Virus record (IMG/VR): IMGVR_UViG_3300027007_000012
Span: 1-64,000 of that record
Strand: one strand, 5' to 3'
DNA: 64,000 nt
From: a virus
Taxonomy: Duplodnaviria; Caudoviricetes
Shown piece by piece: positions 47,413 through 55,731 of the stretch. Below the pieces are notes generated by a model. The model was given only the letters and a program-made list of their open reading frames with translations. It did no database searches and was not told the DNA's origin. Numbering within the stretch: position 1 is the stretch's first letter; each line of letters starts with the position of its first letter. The translations under genes were made by a program, and so were the position numbers.

Positions 47413-47618
47413 GTGACGAGACCGGAGAGGCGTGTGCGAGGGGAGTCGAGAGTGCGAGCAGTGAGCGAGAGCGTGTGCTGGTGAGAGACGTGACCGCCGT
47501 CGCGCAAGACCTGGAGACTATGTCGGACCACGATCACTTGAGAAGCAGCCGCATGCTCGAGAAGACGGCGCGAGAGATCGTCGACGCAGTGCACGTGTAC
47601 GCAGACGACGACGCGTAG
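47409..47618 (+). CDS. Hypothetical protein
   Basis: MSDETGEACARG..., coupled. Confidence 0.5.
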   Translation: MSDETGEACARGVESASSERERVLVRDVTAVAQDLETMSDHDHLRSSRMLEKTAREIVDAVHVYADDDA

Positions 47619-48342
47619 GGAGAGGGGTTGCCGATTTTTTTGGTGCTGTCCGTGAGCGCCGGAAACGCGCGCCGCCCGTCGCCCGTCTTTCGTGTGTGCA
47701 ACCGCATGGCTGGGTGAGAGAGCGAGCAGGAGATGAGCAGGAGCGTGTGCAGTAGAGCCCCCCGCTCGCGGGCCCCACCAAGAGCTGGTGCGCGGCCGGG
47801 ACCCATTTAGACCTACTTTTACCGCGACACTGATTTTCAGGGATGGGACCGAAACGAATCACTATACTATCTCACATCAATCCAGTCTTTGTCTTCAAAC
47901 TCGGTGGCACAGATGTTACACAAATCGATGTCAACTTCTTTCGTTGTCCCGTCCTGGCGGTCAATCTCAAGGTGATGTTCAGATCCAGTCCTATCGTTAC
48001 AAACTGAGCACTCCATTTTTAGAAAGATTACAGGTGAACCGTTTTAGTCGTATTCCCCCTGATCAGTGTCCCACTAAGGTGTTTTCGTGGTGTTGATTCG
48101 ATTTGATCTACTTTTTACGGGCACCCTGTTTTCAAGCAGTCGCCTCTGGTGGCATCCAGTGCGGTGACATGAACCAGGTCCATTGACCCTAATGTACCCT
48201 TATTTCGAAGCATAACGAAAATTATATATCCGTTCCCTGACTATCTCCATATGTCCTCCTTGGAACGGAGTGACGCATTGCATGAAGCGAACGAACGACC
48301 GGCCTGGAGACCCGGTCACGACCCCGAGAAGCACCGCTTCGG

Positions 48343-48672
48343 ATGCCACCAGGAACGGTGATTTTGGTGAGTGAAGCTGACCAGTTCACCCCCGAGATGG
48401 TGGAACGTATCGAGGAGTTGCAAGATGATGAGTCGGTCGATTCCCGCAACACGAACAGACACGACGAGGGCTGGATCAGGTTCTACGTCGAGTGTCCTGA
48501 CTGTCACGTCCCGATGGCTCGCACGACGGTCGAGGCGAAGGACGTCGACGAGACACACTCGCGATCGACGCATCGATGCATCTGTCCTGAGTGTCACGCA
48601 GTCCAGACGAACCTGACTGTCTACCGCGAGACCTACCGCTTCGACGAGAAGCACCGGAGGGACGATGCGTAA
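48343..48672 (+). CDS. Zinc-ribbon protein
   Basis: CPDC ... CPEC; the start ATG is the ATG of the dispersed motif. Confidence 0.65.
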   Translation: MPPGTVILVSEADQFTPEMVERIEELQDDESVDSRNTNRHDEGWIRFYVECPDCHVPMARTTVEAKDVDETHSRSTHRCICPECHAVQTNLTVYRETYRFDEKHRRDDA

Positions 48673-48967
48673 CAAGTATTTCGTCGACGATGTCTCGCGC
48701 CAACAGGCGGGTGATCTGTGGCATATCGCCGACGAGAGCCCTGATCCCTATTCGAACTGGGTGGCCCGCGTCGCGTGGCGACTGTACAGCGAGCTGGACA
48801 TCGGCGAGCGCGGCCGACTCAAGTTCCGTGGGGAGAGTGAGTACAACCGGGCTTGCAAGCTGGTCGAAGTCGAAGCGATTGGGTCTGCATACGGCGACAA
48901 GCCCGATCTCGAACGGTCGTGGAAAGACCTGCTGGACAAAGTCGAGAACGCACAGGTGGTGCCCTGA
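48665..48967 (+). CDS. Hypothetical protein
   Basis: Coupled ORF in the middle-gene chain. Confidence 0.6.
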   Translation: MRNKYFVDDVSRQQAGDLWHIADESPDPYSNWVARVAWRLYSELDIGERGRLKFRGESEYNRACKLVEVEAIGSAYGDKPDLERSWKDLLDKVENAQVVP

Positions 48968-49215
48968 TGTCGAGCGATCCACGGTTGCTTCAGCTGATAC
49001 AGAGTCAGAACGAACTACTTCGCCAGCAGAACGCGTTCGTTGCCGATCTCGCGAAGACGCAGAACGACCTGCTACGGTTCCAGTACCTGGAGCGGCTGGG
49101 TCGGATGCCCGAGGTCGAGGAGGCCGAGGAGTACGTCCACTCGGACAAGGTGGAACGACTCCGTATCACCGGAGTCAAAGGCTCTGATGGGGACACCCCA
49201 AAACTTCACGATTAA
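48967..49215 (+). CDS. Hypothetical coiled-coil protein
   Basis: ATG overlaps the upstream TGA. Confidence 0.55.
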   Translation: MSSDPRLLQLIQSQNELLRQQNAFVADLAKTQNDLLRFQYLERLGRMPEVEEAEEYVHSDKVERLRITGVKGSDGDTPKLHD

Positions 49216-49588
49216 AGATGACAAATCGCATAGCGCGTGAGACAGAGGTATCGACAGATGAATAGGGTGGCTGACATTTCCCCGGGAACGGTCCTGGTGG
49301 CCGGGTTCACGGGGAGGCGGTACGTGGTCCAGTCCGTCGACGAGGACGAGGGACTGGTGTACGTGCGGGGGCTTCCGGCCCTCCCGATGGACGAGCTCCA
49401 GCGGGACATCGCCAACGGCAAGATCGGAGTGGTCGGATGAGTCACCTCGAATCTGAGCTGGTGACAGACATGGACGCGATCGCCGGCTACTCGCGGCGGG
49501 CGCTGAACAAGTTGGCCGTCGACGATGTCGATGGAGCGGAACGACTCGTCGAGGACATCCGGAACATCGCGTCCTCGTGGGAGGAACC

Positions 49589-49879
49589 GTGAACTACGAA
49601 TCCGCTGGAGTCAACGACCGGCGTGGTGAGATAGGCGTTATCGACGCCTACGTCGTGTCCGAGTCGCCCTCCGGCGACGGAACGATGTACACGATCCAGT
49701 TCGTCCCCTTCGATGAGGGAGAGTGGGTGCCGTCAGACATCCGCTCGGAAGGGTCGTGGGTACACGTCCAGGATATCTTCCGCGGTGCCCTCCACGAGGC
49801 GATTCAGGCGGTCCAGGACGAGTGTGACGTTCGGGTCCCGTTCAACCGACCTGGCTTCGAGGAGGTTGGGGATGTCTAA
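49589..49879 (+). CDS. Hypothetical protein
   Basis: GTG start with GGAGG RBS. Confidence 0.55.
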   Translation: MNYESAGVNDRRGEIGVIDAYVVSESPSGDGTMYTIQFVPFDEGEWVPSDIRSEGSWVHVQDIFRGALHEAIQAVQDECDVRVPFNRPGFEEVGDV

Positions 49880-50381
49880 CCTGGGAGAGGAGCGACGATG
49901 TCGACGGTGCGGCTTCACGTGGGTCGACGAGTACGGGAAGTACCGCTCGTGCCCGCAGTGTTACGGAGAGAAAGATGAGTGACAACGAAGCGATCGCGGT
50001 AGAAACGGACGGTGAGACGTACGCCGACATTCGCGTCGACGGCGCAGTGGCCGCGTCGGTCGACGTCGTCGACGAAGATCAGGTGAAAGCAAAGCTCTAC
50101 GAGTTGGTGAACCCCGGAGACAGAGACGCGATCGATGTCTGGTTCATCGACCGGCTGACGGAGGAGAGTGACGAAGATGAGTGACGACATCCACCAGCAA
50201 CTACGGGAGAAGTACAGTGACCTGATAGAGCGACACAGGGAACTGAAAGCATCTGCGAGGGAGGCGGATATAACGGAGGACCCGCTCCACTCACCTGGGG
50301 AGATACGGGCCGAAGCAGACGGCGTCATCCTGGGAGTGCGGGCTATCGAGGACGTGCTGAACGCCATCGAGAGGGACGGAG

Positions 50382-50756
50382 ATGAGTGAGAAAGACCCGA
50401 TCAGGCTGGTCGAGATACTCGAGGACGAGAAGCTCGACTTCGTGGTCTTCCAAGATGGTGAGGAACAGACACTGTTCGACAGCTTCGGTGAGGCGGTCGA
50501 TAACATCCTGAACGTGGTCGGTCTGGACGTTGGCATCGTCCAGGCTGTCGGTGGTGGCGCATCACGGCCGGTGTACCTCTCGGTGGATGGCGTTATCGAG
50601 ACGCTCCTGGAGAAGACGCCGGATGACGACGAGGTCGTCGTCTCCCGAGAGCTCCTCGCTGACACGGCCGATGCGATCGTATCGGCGGGTGCAGAACCGA
50701 GTGAGTCGGAGAAGGCCGTGGTCGACGCGATCAACGAGGTGTTGGCGGATGAGTGA
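50382..50756 (+). CDS. Hypothetical protein
   Basis: Acidic coupled ORF. Confidence 0.6.
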   Translation: MSEKDPIRLVEILEDEKLDFVVFQDGEEQTLFDSFGEAVDNILNVVGLDVGIVQAVGGGASRPVYLSVDGVIETLLEKTPDDDEVVVSRELLADTADAIVSAGAEPSESEKAVVDAINEVLADE

Positions 50757-51174
50757 TGACTACGTCGCGACTTACGCACTCGAGCTCAAACGAGACGTCG
50801 GCGAGATGACCGCCTGGTATCAGGTTGAAGCGAAGGGAGACGTTGATCTCGACGAGGCTGATCTCCGCGAGATGGGAGTCGAGACGGTCGAGGAAAACAT
50901 CCCCGAGGTGCCCGTCGACGAACTGGTCCTCGCGTTCGCCGAGATGACGGAACTGGAAACGCCGGCGTACACGTTCGAGTTCTCGGCGAAGGTCGACTAC
51001 CACGCCGACGACAACGACTGTCACGGCATCGCTGTTGGTGGCACCCTCGACGATGATGGGGACCTCCGTCTCACGGTCTACCGGACGGAGATGGACGGCA
51101 TCGACGTGAGCAAGCCGAAAACAGTCGACAGGGTCCTGCTCGACGACGTGAAGTCGGTGGTGGACGATGAGTAG
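50749..51174 (+). CDS. Hypothetical protein
   Basis: Acidic coupled ORF. Confidence 0.6.
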   Translation: MSDDYVATYALELKRDVGEMTAWYQVEAKGDVDLDEADLREMGVETVEENIPEVPVDELVLAFAEMTELETPAYTFEFSAKVDYHADDNDCHGIAVGGTLDDDGDLRLTVYRTEMDGIDVSKPKTVDRVLLDDVKSVVDDE

Positions 51175-51508
51175 CACAACGAACGGACAGGTCCAGCGGG
51201 GGTCCTCGTCGTTTTCGAGCTGGTGGGAGATCGAGCTCGAGATCCCGTTCGAGATGGCGATGGACGCGTACTTCGTCTTCCGTGAGTCGAGCCACAAGTG
51301 CTCGGACCGGATGGCGAACGCGCTGTACTACGGCCTGAAGATAGCGAACCACGAGCGGTCGGACGTGGTGGAGGTCGACGTCCAATACTGGGACAAGGGA
51401 TGGCGAACCTGGCTCCTGAAGACAGCCAACATGCGACCGCACTACGCATCGGACCCTGAGCAAATCAAGAACCTGGAGGAGCTGACTGACCTGCTGGAGA
51501 ACATCTGA
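51167..51508 (+). CDS. Hypothetical protein
   Basis: Coupled ORF, 113 aa. Confidence 0.6.
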   Translation: MSSTTNGQVQRGSSSFSSWWEIELEIPFEMAMDAYFVFRESSHKCSDRMANALYYGLKIANHERSDVVEVDVQYWDKGWRTWLLKTANMRPHYASDPEQIKNLEELTDLLENI

Positions 51509-51700
51509 TGTCGGTCCAGGAGACGGGGACGTGTCCTTACTGTGACATCAACCTTAAACGGACGGGGACGGCCTTCGGAGAGTTCGACTCGGCGGTGCTG
51601 TTCACGTTCGAGGGCCACATCGTCTTCGAATGCCCGGACGTACCCCCAGAGGCACGGGCATACTTCGATGAGGGAAACAGTCATACCTCTCAGAAGTGAA

Positions 51701-52087
51701 ATGTCAAGTATGAGTTTCGAGAAGTACAAGGGGTCGAGCCGTGGTCGGAAAACGATCAGTCACCCAAGTGTTAAAATCTGGTCGTCCGGGAAGATCGCCT
51801 TCAACGACATGGCGATGGACGAGTGGCTCGACGGCGCTGAGTACGTCGCGATATTCACCCACAGCGATCTCCCCCAGGTGGGGATCGGACCTGAGACGAA
51901 GTCCAACTCTGGTCTCCCTCACGTATACGCGCTCCACACACAGGGGACGTATCAGGGAAAGCTTCTCCAGGTCAAGAAGTTGCTTCGCGATCTCGACTGT
52001 GTTCGACCGGACGAATCCCTCGAGCTCGACGCCTGGTACGACGACGATCAGGAGCTAACGGTCGTCGACCTGTCCCCGCTGACGTAA
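51701..52087 (+). CDS. Hypothetical protein with basic N-terminus, possibly nucleic-acid binding
   Basis: FEKYKGSSRGRKT ... VKIWSSGKIAFN. Confidence 0.55.
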   Translation: MSSMSFEKYKGSSRGRKTISHPSVKIWSSGKIAFNDMAMDEWLDGAEYVAIFTHSDLPQVGIGPETKSNSGLPHVYALHTQGTYQGKLLQVKKLLRDLDCVRPDESLELDAWYDDDQELTVVDLSPLT

Positions 52088-52102
52088 CCCCCACCCCCGA
52101 GA

Positions 52103-52171
52103 GGCCGAATACAGGTCTCCGGGAGCTGCGCCCTTCTGGGATTCGGGTCGGTTCGATTCCGACCAGGGCCA
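52103..52171 (+). ncRNA. tRNA-like element D (imperfect acceptor stem)
   Basis: Perfect GTCGG-TTCGATT-CCGAC T-arm followed by CAGGGCCA; the 5' GGCC pairs only partly. Confidence 0.45.
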
Positions 52172-52252
52172 TGTGCGCCACCCACGCTGGCGCCCAAGAA
52201 ATCGCGTGTGGAACGGAGAAGGATATGAAACAGACACAGGAGGCGCGGTGAC

Positions 52253-52624
52253 ATGGACGTCATCGTCACTGCGTACGGAAACGACCCGAAGCTGGTCACA
52301 AAGGCCGACAGCATCGTCAGAGACGGCTACCGACCGGATGTGTGGGTCCTCTGCGAACAGCTGCTCGGAGAGAACGACGACGACATGGTGATCCAGTTAC
52401 GCAACGACGAGGGAGACAACTGGCTGGTCGACGAGAAGGGGCTCAGGACGGCTGTACTCCAGCAGGATTGTATCTACGTCACGGTCGAGCACGAAACAGA
52501 AAACGCGGTGTTGCTCGATCTGTACGGCGCCGGTACTGTCGACGGACTCTCGATGCGGAACACGGTCGGCGAGGTGTGGCTTCCCCGGAGTCAGATCACG
52601 TCGTTCGAACTGAAGGACGATTGA
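52253..52624 (+). CDS. Hypothetical protein
   Basis: 123-aa acidic ORF. Confidence 0.6.
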   Translation: MDVIVTAYGNDPKLVTKADSIVRDGYRPDVWVLCEQLLGENDDDMVIQLRNDEGDNWLVDEKGLRTAVLQQDCIYVTVEHETENAVLLDLYGAGTVDGLSMRNTVGEVWLPRSQITSFELKDD

Positions 52625-52644
52625 CACCACCCCAACGATAGACC

Positions 52645-53181
52645 ATGCTACGCCAAAACGCAACTGGAGAGGCCGACGTAAACACGCTGGAACTAACGAT
52701 CACTGACGGTCACCCACTCGACGCGGTTGCGGCCGCGCTCGATGCCCTGGGGGTGACAGAGGATCGTGTTGTCACCGCACAGATAGCCGTCACCTACGAA
52801 ACGGAGGTCGAGACGGTCGAGCCCGTTATCGAGACGAACGGTCAGGATGATAGTGAGGACGTCGAGCTCGACATCAACGCTGTCGAGACGTGCTCGATCT
52901 CGTACGGGAGTCAAGCCTACGCGATCCTCAAGCACCTGGAGGATGTCACGGACGGTAACGAGTGGGCGACCACACGGGAGATCGCTGAACGACTCGGGGA
53001 TGGGGAGAAAACAACGGCGGTGAGTGCTCAGGTTTCGAAGTGGAACGAACAGAACCTCGTCGAGAGAGCACCACGCGACGACATCCCGCAGAAGTCGTAC
53101 AAGTACAAGATCACCCTGCTGGGGCGCGAGGCGCTTCGTCGATCAGAACACGAAGAAGAAACCCGACAACCAGTCGTATAA
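52645..53181 (+). CDS. Winged-HTH transcription regulator
   Basis: ILKHL ... TTREIAERL ... VSAQVSKWNEQNLVER ... YKYKITLLGREAL. Confidence 0.7.
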   Translation: MLRQNATGEADVNTLELTITDGHPLDAVAAALDALGVTEDRVVTAQIAVTYETEVETVEPVIETNGQDDSEDVELDINAVETCSISYGSQAYAILKHLEDVTDGNEWATTREIAERLGDGEKTTAVSAQVSKWNEQNLVERAPRDDIPQKSYKYKITLLGREALRRSEHEEETRQPVV

Positions 53182-53194
53182 CACATGCACCCAG

Positions 53195-53500
53195 ATGCCA
53201 CCAGAAGCGGGAGGAATCGTGAGCAGTAAACGCGCCGGTCTGTCTCCGAAACAGCTCGGGGCACTCACCAGAGGGGGACTCGTCGAGGTCGACGACGGGA
53301 CGCGTCGCTCGGTCGAGCTCTATTGTGAACAGGATGATGCCGAGGTGTGGTCTCGGATTGCCACCACAGACGGTGGCGAGGAGTTGACGGTCCTTTCGTT
53401 CCCGGAGGATGTCTGGGAAGACGTTCTCGACGTACTGGGCGTCGAGGATGGCCGAGACAAGATCAAGGTCGGGTCGATGGTGTGGGTACAGCGCGGCTGA
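53195..53500 (+). CDS. Hypothetical protein
   Basis: Likely start at the motif ATG (MPPEAGG...); a reverse motif copy lies just after the stop. Confidence 0.55.
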   Translation: MPPEAGGIVSSKRAGLSPKQLGALTRGGLVEVDDGTRRSVELYCEQDDAEVWSRIATTDGGEELTVLSFPEDVWEDVLDVLGVEDGRDKIKVGSMVWVQRG

Positions 53501-53809
53501 CGTTTCTGGTGGCATCCAGGTGATGGGTCGATATTAAAAATTCTTATAGTTGCCAACTTCTCGAAATAAGAGATCTGTATAGAAGAGGCGTTTAAACCTG
53601 TCTGAAGGGCTTATCTGTGAGGTAATCCGAAAGTTATAATGAGTTGGGGGACCGAGTGTATGTTACCAGATATGGGTACACAGATGGGGGCGGTCGACAC
53701 GCTGTTGATCACCCCGAACCCCCACGAGACACGAACGCACTACGAGCTCCTCGAGATCGGGCGCGAGGAGTTCCATGGAACTGTTACAGTCGTTGGACTG
53801 GCGTCGTAG

Positions 53810-54205
53810 CCCGGCGAGACGATCTTCGAGCCATGATCCCCACCCCCGAGACATCGAAACCACGTGCCCGAGGCCCGGTAGCGGGTCGTGGGCTGGCAAA
53901 AGTGATCGATCATGGTGGATATGGCGGACAAGCGTCCGTAGTACCATACTATGTTGGGCGCAGTTCTAAATACTCTGCACCCATATACGATTATACGGGC
54001 AAGTGCTCTGGTCCATTCACAGACCAGCGTATGCGCTCGTTAAACTGGGTAGCTGCAAGCGACCCCTTTCGGAACGCGGGGCGACTTACCTGGGGAGGTG
54101 TCGTTCCCGTTCGCTTGCAGTTTTCGTACAGTAACGCCCGTGAGACTGGTGTCTCACGTCCTGTTCGATTCGGGACACGGGCATCACCCGACTGGGTGAG
54201 GTTCT
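53810..54205 (+). ncRNA. Candidate large structured ncRNA ending in miniature tRNA-like element E (54136-54183)
   Basis: Stems GCTGCAAGCGA/TCGCTTGCAGT enclosing two hairpins, CTGGTC/GACCAG, GCCCGT/ACGGGC with GAGAC-TGGT-GTCTC and GTCCTG-TTCGATT-CGGGAC. Confidence 0.55.
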
Positions 54206-54211
54206 GAAACG

Positions 54212-54622
54212 ATGGAGGAAATACCACCAGAAGCAGCTGAGCCTGCGCACGAGCAGGAGTATAACGTCCGGATGCCCCAGGAGATGGTCGTCTACTACGA
54301 CACGGTTCTCGACCAGACGGTCACGGTCCGCGATGTCGACAGCGGGAACGACGGGTTTGTCACCTACCACACGGAGGGTGGGCCGGAGAACATGGTAAGC
54401 GAGCCCATGAATCGCTTCCTGGCGTGGCTGGCCGCTGGTCGCTTCGTCAAGCTGGGAGATCGGATGGACGCCCACGGCATCGATGCTTACGACGAAGACA
54501 TTGCGAACGTCTTCGCCGAGGCGTACGGCTACGACCCGCGCGAGTTCCGCCCGTTGGAGCTCGCCCGGTTCCTCCTGGCCGAGCGGCTCGACGAGACACT
54601 GGTCATGGAGGACGATGGGTAG
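54212..54622 (+). CDS. Hypothetical protein
   Basis: 136-aa acidic ORF; coupled to a small ORF at 54615-54797. Confidence 0.6.
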   Translation: MEEIPPEAAEPAHEQEYNVRMPQEMVVYYDTVLDQTVTVRDVDSGNDGFVTYHTEGGPENMVSEPMNRFLAWLAAGRFVKLGDRMDAHGIDAYDEDIANVFAEAYGYDPREFRPLELARFLLAERLDETLVMEDDG

Positions 54623-54959
54623 CGTCCCTGTCGACTTCGACGAAATCGAGGTCACGGATGACCGATGGCACCACCTGGAGGTGACGATGAACGGCGCGGA
54701 CGTCGAAGGGGTCGTCTTCGACGGCGACATCGTCTTCGCCACCGAGCAGTACATGGACGAACGAGACGATCTGGACGACGTCGACGTGGGTCGCTAATCG
54801 GGCGATCCATGTCTACTATCAATTACCAGTTTACTTCCTCCTGCTGGTTAATTCTAAGTGGAAAGTCGGTCGTTGCGACGAATGATAGCCGAAACTGTGG
54901 AGTTAGTATATAAACTCACCGCAATGCTTTTCTGATACAAACGACCAAGTATCACATAG

Positions 54960-55640
54960 ATGAGTGGTGGACGCCGCCCGGACATCGACCGGTCCCCGTT
55001 CCGGGACGAGATCCGGATGCTCCTCAAAAGCAAGGGCCGAGCACACAGCCCGACCTACGAGGAGGTTCAACAGCAGATCGAAGAACGGTACGGCGAGGAG
55101 TTTACCGTCCGGCAACTCCGCGACTACATGAACAAGGAGCTTCTCCCCGAGGAGCTCATGCCGGCCCAGGAAGCACAAGAGGAACTGGAGCGCCGGAAGG
55201 AAACTGTCGATATTGCCGCGAAGCGACAGGATCTCGTCGAACTACAGGAATCGCGCCTCGGCAAGGCCGTTGAGACTGAGGAACAGATGGGCGGGATGCT
55301 CCTCGACCAGGTGAACGATCAGATCGAGCTGAAAGACAAACTGCTCGAATCGCTCTCGAAAGACTACGAACGCCTCGGCGTGCTCCAGTCCACGAGTGAG
55401 ATCGACATCGACGTTAACCAGGTACAGGCCGACCCGTTCAGCCAGATGCTCGCCGAATCCCTCCAGGTAGAGCTTGATGCCGACGACGATGGCGACGACG
55501 AACACTCGGACTACCGCGATCCCGAGGACATCCGAAACGAAGCGGAGTCCGAGGATGACTTCGAGGAGGGTGAGTCCGAAGACGCCTGGATGGAGAAAGA
55601 CGCCGACGAAATCACCCTCGACGACCTCCCCGACGAATAA
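54960..55640 (+). CDS. Putative terminase small subunit
   Basis: N-terminal helical DNA-binding-like region, central coiled coil, acidic tail; directly upstream of terL. Confidence 0.55.
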   Translation: MSGGRRPDIDRSPFRDEIRMLLKSKGRAHSPTYEEVQQQIEERYGEEFTVRQLRDYMNKELLPEELMPAQEAQEELERRKETVDIAAKRQDLVELQESRLGKAVETEEQMGGMLLDQVNDQIELKDKLLESLSKDYERLGVLQSTSEIDIDVNQVQADPFSQMLAESLQVELDADDDGDDEHSDYRDPEDIRNEAESEDDFEEGESEDAWMEKDADEITLDDLPDE

Positions 55641-55731
55641 AAAAAACCCCACTCGATGCCACCAGAGGCGTATGTACGTACATACGCGCCCATACGTACG
55701 CCCCTCCTGGCACCCCTGAAGCCCTCCCCAG

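Larger units (their letters stand above)
2229..55700. repeat. Dispersed GTAC-rich box, consensus CGTATGTACGTACRTACGYGCCCATAYGTAC, 5 copies
   Basis: Copies at about 2229-2269, 30642-30680 (reverse), 38498-38532, 45219-45252, 55667-55700; all intergenic. Confidence 0.85.

Noticed and set aside
53644-54207. 187-aa plus-strand ORF
   Set aside because: Basic, non-halophilic composition, weak start, and it overlaps strong RNA stems; a 45-aa ORF at 53672-53809 plus an ncRNA fits better
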